NCBI RefSeq assembly: GCF_018977255.1 | Contig: NW_024704742.1 | Location: 27,530,001-27,594,000 of the forward strand | DNA length: 64,000 bases | Direction of reading: 5' to 3' | Origin: Callorhinchus milii | Lineage: Eukaryota | Shown here: one piece after another, positions 11,691-25,650 of the stretch | Layout: every line of letters begins with the position of its first letter | How positions within the stretch are numbered: position 1 is the first letter of the stretch | Program-made: the position numbers and the translations under genes | The notes under the pieces: model-generated | What the model was told of the DNA's origin: nothing | Database searches by the model: none | What the model saw: only the letters and a program-made list of their open reading frames with translations

Positions 11691-12656
11691 TTGATTTTAT
11701 TTAAAGATGACCTGATGAAAAGCATGATAGGGTGAAACTGTATTAGCTATTCCTATTGCAAGAGTGAGAAAGAGAAAGAGAGCACACTTTGCTTGCGTTC
11801 ACCCAGCTCAGGGACTGATGAAATTCAGTGGAGCGAGGCAAAGAAGTTTGAATGACAAGCAGCTTGGGACTGGCACTCAGCAGCCTCTGGCTGAGAATTG
11901 AGCATTGCTTCTACTTAAGCTGCTGGCTCTTAAAATTTGGCACCCCTGCCTCCACTGACAAACCTTCATACTTCAGCAGCTAGGCTTCCAGAAAGTAAAG
12001 TTAATTAATGGTGTAAAATCCTGGCTATCCATGTATATTATAAATATATATTTATTAGATAATTAACATTTTTCAGCCTCATAAGGTGTAAAGTGCATAT
12101 ATATATATAACTCAATCTTTCTCTCACTCTACGATCCATATAAACAGTTTACCCCGTTTGAGGTTGCAAAATGTTAACTATCCAATAAATATATGTTTAT
12201 AATATACATATTATGATATATAATATACTTATATATATGAATCTATTCAATAAACTGAATACACACACACACGTAAAACACATATGTTTCAATATTTATT
12301 CACCAGTCATTGCAAAGGGGAAGTGAACTCAGAACATAAAATCAGAAAATAGCAGACAAACACTTAACCTTATGCCCCAGTTTAAGAAGTGTAATGTATT
12401 CAGAGCTACCTAATTGCGAGTAGCAGTTTGACTAACGTGGGAATGAGATTAATTATGATACTCATTAAAACATTGCAAAGTTTCCCAAATCAACATCTAT
12501 TAAATTGGCCCAACTCCTCTGATTTACATTTTTTTAAATGTTGTTTCATCCCATTTCCAGGATGTAATGTATTATATATTACTTAATATTATGTCCTGAG
12601 GATGTTCCAGGAAAAGGGGAGAGACGGAGAAAGCGATGGAACCCCCTTTTTACTGA

Positions 12657-12827
<171 letters not shown>

Positions 12828-12837
12828 TAACAAACAT

Positions 12838-12995
12838 CTGTGGGACACTGCTGTGCGCAATTGGCTTCTGCGTTCGCCCACAAAATATACAGACAATTCA
12901 CTTTACAGTATATTCTGTGAAGCACTTTGAGACGTTCCCAAAGACATGATAAGGCGCTATATCAAATACAAGGATTATTATTATTATAATATTAT
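12838..12995 (+). mobile_element. SINE family A 3' half (similar tails at ~14010-14123, 21668-21805, 30355-30460(-), 44970-45123)
   Basis: tgtgggacactgctgtgcgcaattggct...cacaaaatatacag.caattcactttacagtatattctgtgaagc...aggattattatt. Confidence 0.85.
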
Positions 12996-13568
12996 AATAA
13001 TCCTTGCATTTGGTGTAGCGCCTAATCACATAGTCAAGACGTCTCAAAGTGCTCCACATCATTTTACTGTGAAGTGTAGTGACTGCATATATTTATAGGT
13101 AAGCTATGAATCGGTGCGTGTAACATTTGCTTTAATTGAAGAATCCTCACCTCCCTTTTAGCCTAGATGCAATAAACAGCATCATCACCAAGGGGCAGCT
13201 AATATTTACCTGCTCCATTTTTCTATTTTAAAAAAGGAAGAATACATTATCTTACCGGGAAAGACAACAACATGATTAATTAAAATTGAATATTTGTTTA
13301 ATTAAAGATTCAGGAATTAATGTAAACTGTTTTAGCAATAAATCCCTCAGCTCAATAAATAGGCTTATTTATTTCAGTACAAAATTAATGAAGTAATTAT
13401 GGAGCAAATTCACAAAACCTTTCCAAGACAAATGAAACATCTGTTTTTTTTTGGACCTCTTGGTATTCTAATTTTATGCTTGAAATGCCTTTGAATTACG
13501 CCTAAAGTTATCCTCTGTGCACTGGGAGTGCAATTGGTCCACTGTGGTGTACTGTTGCCCCTGCCTAC

Positions 13569-13749
13569 CATTTCCATGTATTTTCACTGTAGATAAGGCA
13601 CATTTTGAATTTGTGAAAGAGTTCAGAGAGAAATAAATTGAATGTTGGTGCTGTTTCTTTTCCCGTGCAAATGTTTTGGCCACGCTTGTGGCTGTTCGGG
13701 AGAATTTCTGCCAGTCCTTAAGGTTATAAGGTAACAGCTGAATATGTAG
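13569..13749 (-). CDS. Candidate internal exon (181 nt, phase 0-1) of an unidentified gene
   Basis: Acceptor tttttcctctttatag| and donor ATG|gtaggc. The only open frame reads LHIQLLPYNLKDWQKFSRTATSVAKTFAREKKQHQHSIYFSLNSFTNSKCALSTVKIHGN. Confidence 0.35.
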
Positions 13750-15350
13750 CTATAAAGAGGAAAAACTGGAAATCCGAGGCATCCAGAAAGTGCTTGAAAC
13801 CCACAGGAGGTCAATCTGTGTCTAAATGGTAATGATAGGTTAGCTTTTCAGGCTGAAATCTTCATAAGAACTGAAACTCTTTGTGTTCTGGATAGTGTTG
13901 AATAATTAATGTGTATGTGTTGGAGACGGACGGACAGAAATACAGAATTCAGGTTCCACAACTGTTGCAAACTAGAACTCATGAACTGAGCTGTGATTCC
14001 ATTGTATTTCTCCCACAAAATATATAGTCAATTCACTTTACAGTATGTTCTGTGAAGCGCTTTGAGACATCTCAAAGACATGATAAGTCAGTATATCAAA
14101 TGCAAGGATTATTTTATTATTATTGCTTAAAAATACTTACACCACAGTCAAATCTTTCCATGTGTTTATTCAAGAAAAACTGAATGCCTGGCTATCTTAT
14201 CTCACACGCTGTGCAACTTGTAATAGAGAAGAGTTATTGATGCATCTCTGTAAGTACTGTAAGATGGCTGTACGCTTTCAGTTTCTTCCACCAAATTTCT
14301 CCCTTTCTTTCCTAAAATGCATTGGGTGTTTGATGTCCTTTGGTATTTCCATGTGCCCAGTCCTTCTTGTGTAAGCTTAGATGATTAACATTCATAATGT
14401 ATTTGTGGGAACAGGGAAACAGAATCAAGCATAATACTGTCCTAATCTGACAACCATATATGACAAGGAATAGACACCCTGACTCATTTTTTCTTTTTCC
14501 CCTTCAGAACTGCTCTTCGTTAAGGGGGGAGAAAATGAGAACAATTCTCCCATTGACTTCTCTTTGTGGGATGAATTAAATTAGCACAGACCTAAGACTG
14601 AAACAGGCACCTTCCTGATCTGTATAATTCAGCACTTGATGTCTTCATCCACTGAAACATCGGTAAAACACTTTTGCAAATATGTACACTTTGGGCTCAG
14701 ATAAATGCCCAACTCAACACATTTGTATTTTTAAATGTGGAAATGCTCCATTAAGTTTATTTATCTTTTTAACTTATTATCACCATGCTCATTAAGACTG
14801 TAACAAGTCCCTTTTTCAATTATTGAACACCCAGGTTTAAATGTGGATTAAATTTGCACTACACCACAGGCAGTACTGTGTAAATTGCTGATTGTGTGCA
14901 GTAGCCTTTGCTGAGGGTCAATCTGATCAGTCGAGTGTCTGAAAATTGCTTGCTGCCCCATTGAGATGTGATCCAAAACCCTTTCTGAATCCTAATTTGG
15001 CAAGGACAGATTTATTCAGAATTTAAAAAATGAGAACATTAGAGCTGCTAGGACTGGAGGAAGCCCATCATTTTGTGTAGTTTTCAACCACAGATACCTG
15101 CTTTCTCACCTCCATTCTACTTCTTTTCAGAAACGATTTTGTTGCCTCTCAAATCCATTTATAATTTCTGCTTCAGTGGCTTTAATAATAATGCTTGCAT
15201 TTGATATAGCGCCTTGTCATGGTCATTGAGAAGTCTCAAAGCGCTTCACAGAATATAATCATAATAATAACCCTTGCATTTAATAATATTAACAATAATA
15301 ATAGTAATAATCCTTGCAAGGATATTATATCAATATATCAAATGCAAGTA

Positions 15351-15579
15351 TAATAATCCTTGCATTTGATATAGAGCTTTTCACGTCTTCTAGACGTCTC
15401 AAAGCGTTTGACAGAATATGCTGTAAAGTGAATTGACTGTATATTTGCCAGTCGACTAACAACCAGGTTCCTACTTACTGCTAGGTAAACAGAGGTGTGT
15501 GGAGTAAGGAAACCTGCCTAATGTTTTGCCCCGCTTGAGAATCGAGGCGAGTGCCCCAACCGATACATTACAGGACTCC
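15351..15579 (-). mobile_element. SINE family A long form, internally deleted
   Basis: Head (..caggactcc), long-form segment (ggttcctacttactgctaggtaaacagagg) and tail are present; the Deu block is missing. Confidence 0.8.
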
Positions 15580-16775
15580 ACAAAGTAACATTCCAGAAGT
15601 CTATTTCTTCGATGTAAATAAATTCTGCCTGATTTCCCTTCTTAATCCTAAATACTGATTTTTTTTTTAAACTTGTGTCCCCTCGTCTTTTTACTGCACA
15701 AAACAATTTGTCCAGACCACCCTTGTATAGAGCACCCTCAATAACATTGAACAAAAAATTAGCAATGTCATTTCAGTCTCTTTTTCCACAGAGAACAGCA
15801 TCTTTTGAGGGTAATACATCTTTCCTCAGAATAGGCAGCTCACTACATGCTGTACTCCAGGTGCGAAACAACCAGTATTTTCTTATGGTTTTCCTTGCAT
15901 TTGGTATATCAAATATAATGCTGAAATATCTACAGCTGCCAACTGTAGTGACTATATGTTTGCAGGCAAATGCAGCAGTCAATTTACACACATCGATGTC
16001 CCCCATAGCCGTGAAGTGAATAGTATCCACCAAATTGGATATTTTACTAAAGGATACCTTTGTTAAACAGGTAGGCAGTCCTCATTTTTCACCTCAATTG
16101 AAGAACAGCACCTTTGACACTGCAGCACTTGCCCAGCATTTGCACTGGAGTATCAGCAAAGGGTACTCTTAAGTTTGCTCTTAAGAGAGACAGCACAGAC
16201 ACAATGGGCTGAATAGCCTTCTTCTGTGCTGAAAGTTTCTGTGGCTGTATGGTTCAAAGTCATAAATGAGGGGCTCAAGCCCAGAAACCGTTTGCATTTT
16301 TCTTTATCATGTCGGCTTGGTACTATGCATCAATTTGGAGATTTTACTAAAGGATGCCTTTGTATCCTTTACCACTCCAAGGCACTACCCTGTGTGAAGG
16401 GCGATATTGTTCCAAGTTGTTTATATGCATTAAAAGTGACAAAGATCCAATGGTCAACCTTGCAGTGCCTCGATTATAACTGTTTCAACTTGAAATGTAT
16501 GGCGACTCTGCTTCATCTTTTCCTGCCAATATTCTATGCAGTGCAAAACCTTCCCTTCCATTCTGTGGCTTCTTGCCTAGAAAAGCCAATGTGGACCCTG
16601 GCCAGAATCTTTAGGAAATTCAAGTGTAAACAGTTGCATTACCTTGTCTGCCATGCATTGAGCTGCACTCTCACAGAACTGTGAAATTAGGTGTTCTTAC
16701 TTCTTCAAGGTTTATTAACTACACACGTGCTGTATCTGCGCAGCAGCCTGTTATTGGAACGTGAGAGAAGCTGAC

Positions 16776-16825
16776 CTTGTTTCCACCTATCCATAGGACC
16801 AGATCCACTTCCTCCACCACTCCTC
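16776..16825 (-). CDS. Candidate small internal exon (50 nt, phase 1-0)
   Basis: Acceptor atgattgacag| and donor AAG|gtcagc. Encodes (G)GVVEEVDLVLWIGGNK and joins the 20769-20949 and 13569-13749 exons in frame. Confidence 0.3.
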
Positions 16826-16929
16826 CTGTCAATCATTATGTTTTTAGCAGTGTAAGTAAAATAGAACTTCAAAGTGTGTCATCCTTCAATGGCTTCAAAA
16901 GGAGCTCTTATTAAAGAATTAAGCAGTAT

Positions 16930-17050
16930 ACTGATTCAGAACAGCATCCTTTTATCTCTGAGATCTTAGTTCAAATGTAACCAGACAGATAGGATGAAAG
17001 TCTCCTTTTCATTGACTGGAAAGGTCTGAAGTAAAATGTATTTGGACAAA
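16930..17050 (+). mobile_element. Old LF-SINE-like 5' fragment
   Basis: cttttatctctgagatcttagttcaaatgtaaccagac...gaaagtc...gtaaaatgtatttgg resembles the LF-SINE 5' region (cctttcacctct...ggttcgaatccagccc...gaaagtc...gtgaaatgagttgg), compared from memory. Confidence 0.35.
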
Positions 17051-17554
17051 GGGGATCGAGTTTGCCGCAGTCCATAATGGGTCCCCTTAGTAAGGGATTC
17101 GAGTCCCATAAGCGGAAGCTATCCAAAGGACGTAAGTCCTATCTAACCCATGAGAACTCTGCCCCATCACGTAGAAAATTTAATTTTCATGAATTGCGCA
17201 ATTTAGATCATTTAGATACCAGAAAATCTGGTATAGAAAATGGAATAACACATTAGAGTAGGTAGTGGTGGCCTTCTGAAGCTAGAGTCCATTGTTTGAG
17301 AACTATGTTCTGTGGCTGAAGAAAGCTGCACTTACCGAGTAGCGTGATGTTGGGACTAAGTGTGGCAGAACTGAAACCTGTTCCATTTGTCAGCCTGAAC
17401 TTTGTGAGTTCAAAGACACAACCTGGGGCTTGAACCCACCACATTCTGATTTAGAGGAGAGATTGCTACCAACTGAGACAGGCTGATACACCAATAAATT
17501 GCTCTGTGACATAATCCATGATTAAAAATGTTTCTGTAATATCTGAAGTTTGTA

Positions 17555-17970
17555 ATTATCATTGTATTTGATATAGTGCCTCAGCACATCGTCTAGATAT
17601 CTCAAAGTACAGCACAGGATATACTGCATAGTGCACTAACTGTGCATTTTGTGAGTGAATCACAGCCAACAACTGCGCACAGTTAGTCCCACAAACAGCT
17701 ATGATGTGAGAGATTAATTTTATTTGGGGGATTGTTGGCCAGGATATCAGGAGAAACTCCCTTCTCTTTTTGAAAGTGCCATGGGATCTTAAACGGCAGA
17801 AATGATCTCAGCTTTACATCTCTTCCGAAGGTCGTAGCCTCCAACAATGCAACGCACCAGCCCTGCATTGGAGTGTCAGCTTAGACTACGTGATTCCAAA
17901 TCCTGATGTGGGGCTTGAACCCATCACCTTCTGACTTAGAGGCGAGAGTGCTACCACTGAAAGAAGCTGA
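17555..17970 (-). mobile_element. DeuSINE family B
   Basis: Reverse complement of family B: ggggattgttggccaggata..gagaaactcccttctcttttt..gtgccatgggatcttaa..ggggcttgaaccc..ccttctgacttagaggcgagagtgctaccactga. Confidence 0.85.
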
Positions 17971-20768
17971 TTCTAGGCTTGGACAGTCCAGGATCGAAAA
18001 CAACCAACTTCATTCTTCAAATATACGGAGAAAAATACTACCCGAGTCTAGTTTTCCTCGTACATAGCAGTTTAGGACGTGGAGAATTTTGCAAATTGTT
18101 GAGGTCAGTCTGTGATGCTTACATATAAAATAAGTTGACTTCCAAATCTAGGCAGCATTAAGAATTTGTCAAAATCTAGATACTCTAAAATACTACATAA
18201 CTCTAGACTCAGATGGATTTCACCCCAGGTTTCCCAAGCATTGTCCTTGCCAACCACTGCGTAATCCTCTCCGGAATTAGGTAAGCAAAGGTGTCCCGGA
18301 AATGTGTAGGTGACATACATCTCAGTTTGGTATGGATACTCTTCAGTGTGGTGATGAGTTTCTACTTGTGTCACACACCTGACTGACCATATCAATCTCC
18401 CAGTTGTGCTTCTGTGTCCATGTTGCTTAAAGGAGTAGATGAATGGCCCAATAACTGGAGTACTGTAGAGATCGTAAACTAAGGTTTTTGTCTAGGAAGC
18501 AAGCGAGCAGTGGTGGTACAGACATCCTACAGCTGCTTTTAGTCTCTGTGTGCCAATGTGACAGCTGAATTCATGGTCTCAGATCCATTCAAGATTTACT
18601 CTGATTCCGCTTAAGAATATTTCTGAACAAAAATTTGTCAAAAACTTTTTTAAATGTTTCACAATGGCATTTGATAGCGACACAGGGCATATGAGAGAGA
18701 TGGGGTTAAAAAAAAGTGCAGAATCAGCCACCAAACCAAGTATATATGCTCTTCAGTGCATAATAATAATACTAATCCTTGCATTCCTTGCAAAGTGTCA
18801 TCCTGACTCAGGTGATATCACACTCACCTCTGTGTCAGAAGGTTGTGGGTTCTAGCCCTCTATCAGGATTTTGAGGTAACAATCTAGTGAAGTGCTAAGG
18901 GTGCTAATCAAGTGCTCGGATTATCCATTGCATTTGATGCAGTGCCTTAACACGTTGTAAAGATGTCTCAAAGCACTCCACAGGAATTTTACTTTGAAGT
19001 GTACTCCGAACTTCAAATGACTTTGTACTTTGTAGGTGACTTTTTATACTCTACAATAGTTGAGTGTAAATGAATGCAACATAGAGGAGGAAGAAATGTC
19101 TGGTCGTATCTAGCTTTCTGGAGAAAAAGAATTCATTCCATATTAAGAAAGTTTGCGTTTTATGAGTGACAGATTGGCAGCAGATTAGAAAACATGATCA
19201 TATTACCTTCTGCTATTAGGTATGACTGACAAAATAGTGATGAGATCAAGTGCAAAATTGCTAAGATATTTTATTTTCTGTTGAAAGATGTCAATACAGC
19301 ATTTGGTTTTGCAATCCCTGATTCTATTTTCTGCAACCAGTGGTGAGTGAAGCCCCAAGATGCAAATTTAATTGGAAAACACACAGAATTCCCCCAGTTT
19401 CCATAAAATTAGATTGGATAAAGTGATCCGTGTGATTTAATCAATGAGTGGGAAACAGAGAGAGAGAAAGAGAGAAAATGTAAGCTCCATTTAAAATGTA
19501 TTTCTGTCTGGAAGTGCCGAGACTGTGTGACTATTGAGGTCTCCTGATGGACTCTAGTGTGATTGGGTGTGCTTTTCCTCAGCAGAGGGCAAAGGAATGG
19601 TCTAAAAGTCTTCATATTTTTCTATAATTCTACTGTTACTTCACAAGTTAACAAGAGAGGTTTGGATGAAGAAGGCCCTTCAACCTATTTGATCTCATCC
19701 TTCCAGAATACCACCCTCCAGCCTCCTATTACAGTATCCAGCAAACTGGCCCAACCACTCTTCCTGGTAACCAGTTGTTAATTACCCTCTGGGTAAATAA
19801 ATACTTCCTGGTGTCTCTTCTGAAATTGCCCTTTGTAATCCTTAAACCTTGGCTCTTGCCAACCTGTCCCTAATACTTTCCGGAATTAGGTAAGCAGGAT
19901 GTGTCCCTCCAGGGAGAGAGTGCGCATACCATTCCAACAATCTATCTCTGGGATTTCCATGTGTAGCTGGGATGCATGGAATTCTCAGCTTGGTTTGGAT
20001 ACTCTTAAGCACGGTAATGGGTTTTCACATGTATCAGGCGCCTGGCTGACCAAAAGAAGAAAAAAATCAGTGAAGGAAAACCTCCTGGTTTCTGTCCTGA
20101 AATTTACAACTCTAAACCTTTGTCCTGTTGTAGAACCCCAAAGTAGTGATCTGAGTTTACTTTTTTAAACCTATTTAAAATTTTATTCACCACTATGAGG
20201 TCTCCTTTGAGTCATCTTCTCTCAAGAGTGAAGAGCCCTAACTTGTCCAATCTTTGCAAATGGTAGTGGAACAAACCAGAGAACGATCTCCAGTGTTGGA
20301 GGAATGAGTTATGAGCAAGGAATAGACAAGCTACGACTCTTCAGTCTTCACAAAATATAAATAGAATTTTGTTTAACATAACAAATGTTCCAGATTTTGC
20401 ATTTGTTGAGCTCTGTGTGAGCATTGTATTTTAATACTTTTAAATGGTATATTATGGGACTGGGTCATAATACAGTTTGTTTTTGAACGCATGTTCTTTG
20501 TTAAGAGTGAAAGTGAATAATTTAAATCCATTTTGTAATTGACTACTTTTTTTTATAGACACATTCACCTACACATTTAGTCACTACGCTACAGTACAAT
20601 TCTGTGAAGCTGTTTGAGACATTTCACTTTGATTATAAAGTGTTATGCCAAATACAATGATTATTATGACTTATTGATTATTACTTATAATTATTATAAT
20701 TTATAGTCTAAAGCATCAAAGGCCACCTCAGCGAAAAATTTTCTTGGGAACTCTGATGGCTGACTTAC

Positions 20769-20949
20769 CATAGGGCTGTATTAACGCAAAGTAAAATCTG
20801 CTTCGTGAAGATCGGATCATACTTTTATTTATCTGAAGAAGAACACTTCTTTTTTTTAGTAAAGAAACTTGGGAGCTGAATATGTAATGCAGAGCTCCTA
20901 TAAGTGCCCCATCAGTTACATAAATCCAGTGACCTTGTATCTTAATTCT
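20769..20949 (-). CDS. Candidate internal exon (181 nt, phase 0-1) of an unidentified gene
   Basis: Acceptor catatttgttgcag| and consensus donor ATG|gtaagt. Open frame RIKIQGHWIYVTDGALIGALHYIFSSQVSLLKKRSVLLQINKSMIRSSRSRFYFALIQPY. Confidence 0.45.
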
Positions 20950-23900
20950 CTGCAACAAATATGGTAAATCTGACTGATTTATTCAAGCTACTTTAAGTAA
21001 TGCATATAACGAAAAGGCTGTTCAGGATCAGTTTGCTTTTCAAAGTGCCTATTGTCCATTAGTTATAATTACGGTTATAGTTGGGACTACAAACTGCTTT
21101 AATTATGATGTGAAGCCTTTTCTCTTCACTGTACTAATTGCCGTGTTAAATCACAGCAAAGAAAAAATCTACACATTAGCATTAAATAATTTCTCAAACA
21201 GGATGGTAGAGGTACAGAGGATTGCCATTGTCCTAACTTTATTGCATGACTTGCATATAAACACTTGCTCTTTATCCAGAACACTTTTCTGGATAAGGAG
21301 CGAGACTCATAATTGGTGTATATAAAATGTGAATATATTAATAACCTCACAGCACCGTTTGCACTCTGCTGTCCTCCCATCAGGGGAGAGATGCTTTGTA
21401 TTTCCTTCCACAGTTTCTTTCCAGCTGTGCCTCAGGGCTGCAGTCCTAACATGCAAGCCTTAAAGCTACAATGGCCCATCTAGCACTTGACGCTTGTAAT
21501 AGATGTTTCTCATGTCCCAGGAAAGTGATGCTTGGTTTGTCCGTAGTACGTTTGGAATACCTGATTTTCTTCCAGATTCATCATATGCCAAAAGAAAGTG
21601 AAACGATAGAAACACGCAGTATGATTTATTTGCAGCAAAATAAAACAAACACAGGAACAAGTATATTCCTGTGCGCAATTGGCTGCCGCGTTTCGCCCAC
21701 AAAATACACAGTCAACACACTTAACAATATATTCTGCGAATTACCTTGAGATGTCCCAACAACGTGATAACGTTCTATATCAAATGCAAGGATTATTTAT
21801 TATTATAACAGAAATAGAAATAAGCATATGGTGTATCCCAAGTGATATAATATGTACAGTAACAGCACCTGAACAATCACATTACGTACACTAGCTGCAT
21901 CCAAAAGCTACAGTAGCAGACACCAAAAAGCCAACCTCAAATTCTCAATGTCTTTCGATTTCCACCTTTAGAATTAAAAAAAAGGGACTAATCTGCTTAT
22001 GTGTTGCTGGTTTATCCTTTAATTGTCCGTAAACAGAAGAGGGTTCTTCCAGTGTCCTGTCCAACTATTCCCCAGATAAAATTGGTCATTCATTTCATAT
22101 CCTACCTGCTGCAGTGGCTGATGTGGAGCAAGCCCTGACCACCTGTCCCTGAAGATCTAACAGAACTATTGGGAAGCACACGGACAGCAGCGCTTGACTT
22201 TCTTACAATTCAACAACAACAACAACAACTTGCATTCGTATAGTGTCCTCACGTAGGGTAGTGTCCCAGAGTGTTTTATAACAATAAACCAAATACTGCT
22301 TTGTGGGAGACTTGCTGTGTGCAAATTGGCTGCCAGGTTCACCCACAAATACAGGCACGTCACATTACAGCATATCCTGTGAAACATTTTGCAAGATCCT
22401 CCTGACGGATGAATGGCGCTATATCAAATGTAAGGATTGAAGGATTATTATATTATGAATGTTCAAGTGCTGCTCCAGCTAACAAAAGAATAAAAGATGC
22501 ACAGCAAAAGCTTCACAAACGGATGCTGGAAAGGGACGATGGCCACAGCCTTCTCTGAACTCTTCACTGTGGCAGGATTATACAGAATGGGATCAAGAAT
22601 GATGGTGTTTGTTGGAGGGAAGTGGTCTAATTCCCCTCATTTATTTTAAGAAACTTAAGTGCTGTTTTGACGTGAACTCAATCCTTAAAGAGTCCATTCT
22701 TTCAAGAACAAATTAGATCGATTTCTGTAAGGAAATAATATCTCACGTTACAATGTATAGTTTGGGACACGACATGTGGCATTCGACTGCCAAGATGATT
22801 GAAGGCGAACTGGATAGACCTTGGTCTTCTTTCACCTCGCAAATTTTTATGTTCTTGCTTGTCTGGCATTTTGTTTCATATCATCCTCCAGCAATTGTTC
22901 TAGCTTTTTCCTCAGTCCTGTTTTAATGTTCTTCCTCCATTGGGGAACATAGGAAAACAGGAATAGGAAGAGACCATTCAGCCCATTGGTCCTGTTACAC
23001 CAGTGTTTTGTAATCTTGAGAGATCTTTTAATCCTGTTTGTAAATACATCTTAATACTGCTCCCACCCAAGTTTCTGTCTATCCGTCTTTAAGTCATCCC
23101 AATTGATTCTGTCTCTACAGCTTCATGGAGATAGAGCATTTCACATCTTGACAATGCTCTGCTTGAAGAAATGCTTCCTGACCTCCGTTCTTTAGATCAC
23201 TACCTTCCTAAGTATGTATAAGAACCTCAAGTATCTCAACCATGGCCATGTTAGCTTATTCTTGACTTTGCTTCCTCGCCAGAGAGCTTTGATTAATACT
23301 CTCTTTTATATTGCAATCCAAGACTCAACCTTTCTGCTCTGCTTCCTCCTCTCTGACTCAGGTTAAGATGCTCACACAATACACATCGGATATTAAAAGC
23401 ACCAAGGGCACATCACCTGTCTTCTCACACACTCATTTAAAAAGTTTTTTTTAAATCTGTACTTTGTGGTTAACTTAGCTCTCCTTCTACCTTCACATTG
23501 TTTGTTAGATAACCTAGATTTTGTATGAAGTCGAAGGGATCGGAGGGATTCAAGCCTCTCTGCTTCTTTCATGCTTCATACTGTTACATAATTAGCTAGT
23601 GATCATGTTGGACATTCATGCACTGGGGATTTTGAACATTCATATTTAATTACATGTTCTGTGTGGAAGGCTCGACTCCGTGGAGAGGGGAAGGAGGAAT
23701 CACTTTGGGTAATTCCTGTGAGATGGGGAGAAGAGAAGAATCCTTCATGGATGAATAGGATCGATGATTTTTATTCTCCCGCCCTCTCCTAGCACTTGGT
23801 ATCTGCAATTAAATAGGATAGAACTGGCGAGGCAACTCTTGTCTTTCCACAGTTATAACATCACTTCTGCCTCCTCTCAATCCCCAAGTCTACAGGACCC

Positions 23901-25189
23901 AAGTACCTTGTTCTCAGAAGCCTGCTCTTGACGTCCAACGCAGTTTTGACACTGAGCTGATTTCAATCCCTTTGGTGAATGATCAGAGCGAAAATTAAGA
24001 TAATAGTAATGAAGACAGTTTCACTATTGCTTGTCCCATTGATCTGCCATCTTATCCCTTTCATTCAGGTCCTGGTAAATGCAAGTTTCCCACAGTTAAA
24101 TCAAGAGGAAAATGTTTCTTACAAAGTTGAATGAATCTAGCAATATAGTATTCACAGGGGTTTGGGGAAGGGGCAGATAAATGGAACTGAAATGATTGCT
24201 CTTCAAAAGAGCCAGCACTATTGTTTCTGCCTTTTACTGACATGGGCAGAGGAAAGTGCTATGTCTATCTTCATTAGTAAGTAATGGATTAGATACATAA
24301 CATGGCTCTTCTGTGTCATTATGACTAGGTGGATTCTAAATTGGGTTATAAAATAGTAATCATTTTTGCATTTTATATTATGCCTTTCATTTGGGGGGGA
24401 AACCTCTCAAAGTCTTTTACAGAATTTACTGCAAAGTATAATACTGTATGTATTTTGTAGATGAACACCCACATTTGTACTCACCAATGGATGTTGTGAA
24501 AAACAGGTGAACAGTTATGTGTAGGTACAGTAGATGTGACTGTCAGTGATTGAAATGATTGAGATCATCCAATTGACCATGAAGCTCAAGTAAATGATTT
24601 GCAGACTAATCCAGACTTTGAGTTTCTTTGATCACAGTTTAACATTGTTTATCATCTAAGAGCTTTGCTCTCAGATTTTGTACCTTTAACTTCTGCAGCA
24701 GCCAGGACATTACAATGTCTGTTTATACGCAAGTCTGTTCATCCACATTATACCCCGGAAGTGGAAGTTGGGTGCAGATCCTAGGAGACACCAGCACAAA
24801 TATTATTGTGCGTTTGAGTGAGATTTCTTAGGATGTTCTGCATCTGATTCTGTAATGCTTCAAACAATTTAGTGACCTGCGAAATACTGACATAAACACT
24901 GTTGTGTACACTTATAAAGTTGGGAACAAGGTGTCTCAGAGAATTCTGAGGCAGGCTACACCACAGAAACTTTCTTAATACTCACTAACAATGTGTTTGC
25001 TGGTAGGGTAGCTTCATCTTTCTATTCTTACATTATACAGTTCAGAGTTAGAGATAGAAATATGGTAACGATAGAGAAAGACAGATAGAAAGTTAGAAGA
25101 GGGAGAGAGAGAGAGAGAGAGAAAGACAGACAGTAAAAGAGAAAAAAGACAGGCGACAAAATCAGTGAGAAAATAGAGGGAGAAACACC

Positions 25190-25650
25190 AACAAATTACA
25201 TTTATATAGCGCCCCCTCACGCAGGGCAGCGGCCCAGAGAGCTTAATAGTGGCGGAGGATGACACCGACCCGAGGGGTTGGTGACCGAAGGCACGGTCGA
25301 ATAGGAAGGCCTTCAGGGGGCGACCTGAAGATGGGGAAGGAAGGGGCAAGGCAGAGGGATAGAGGAAAAGTGTTCTAGAGTTTCAGGGCGTAGTGGCTGA
25401 AAGCACGGCCACCAATGGTGGAACAAAGTTCTCGAAGGAGGCAAGGGAGGGAGCATGGTGAAGGGGCTGTGGGATGGAATTCCAAAGTGTGGAGCACAGA
25501 GGCTGAAGACCTGACTACCGATGGTGGAGCGGGTCAGGCGGTGGGCATGTAGCAGGCCGGAGCCTGCTTAGCGGAGGGAGCGGACAGGTCTGTATGGAGT
25601 TAGCAATACGATCCGAAGGAGTATGGAGGGCAAAGGCGACCAGAAGCATG
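25190..25650 (-). mobile_element. L2 LINE 3' fragment (similar at ~930-1100, 26180-26430(+), 39680-39903(+), 40740-41030, 52415-52580, 54060-54190, 63860-64000)
   Basis: Shares aattacatttatatagcgcc...ggagggagcggacagg and gcaggccggagcc blocks with the 3' part of the L2 element at 59175-59520. Confidence 0.75.

Noticed and set aside
14141..14311. Minus-strand segment with ttttag acceptor and gtaagt donor
   Set aside because: Stop codons in all three frames across the full segment.
15180..15365. Local palindromes (aataatccttgcaaggatattat)
   Set aside because: Produced by clustered, duplicated SINE tails.
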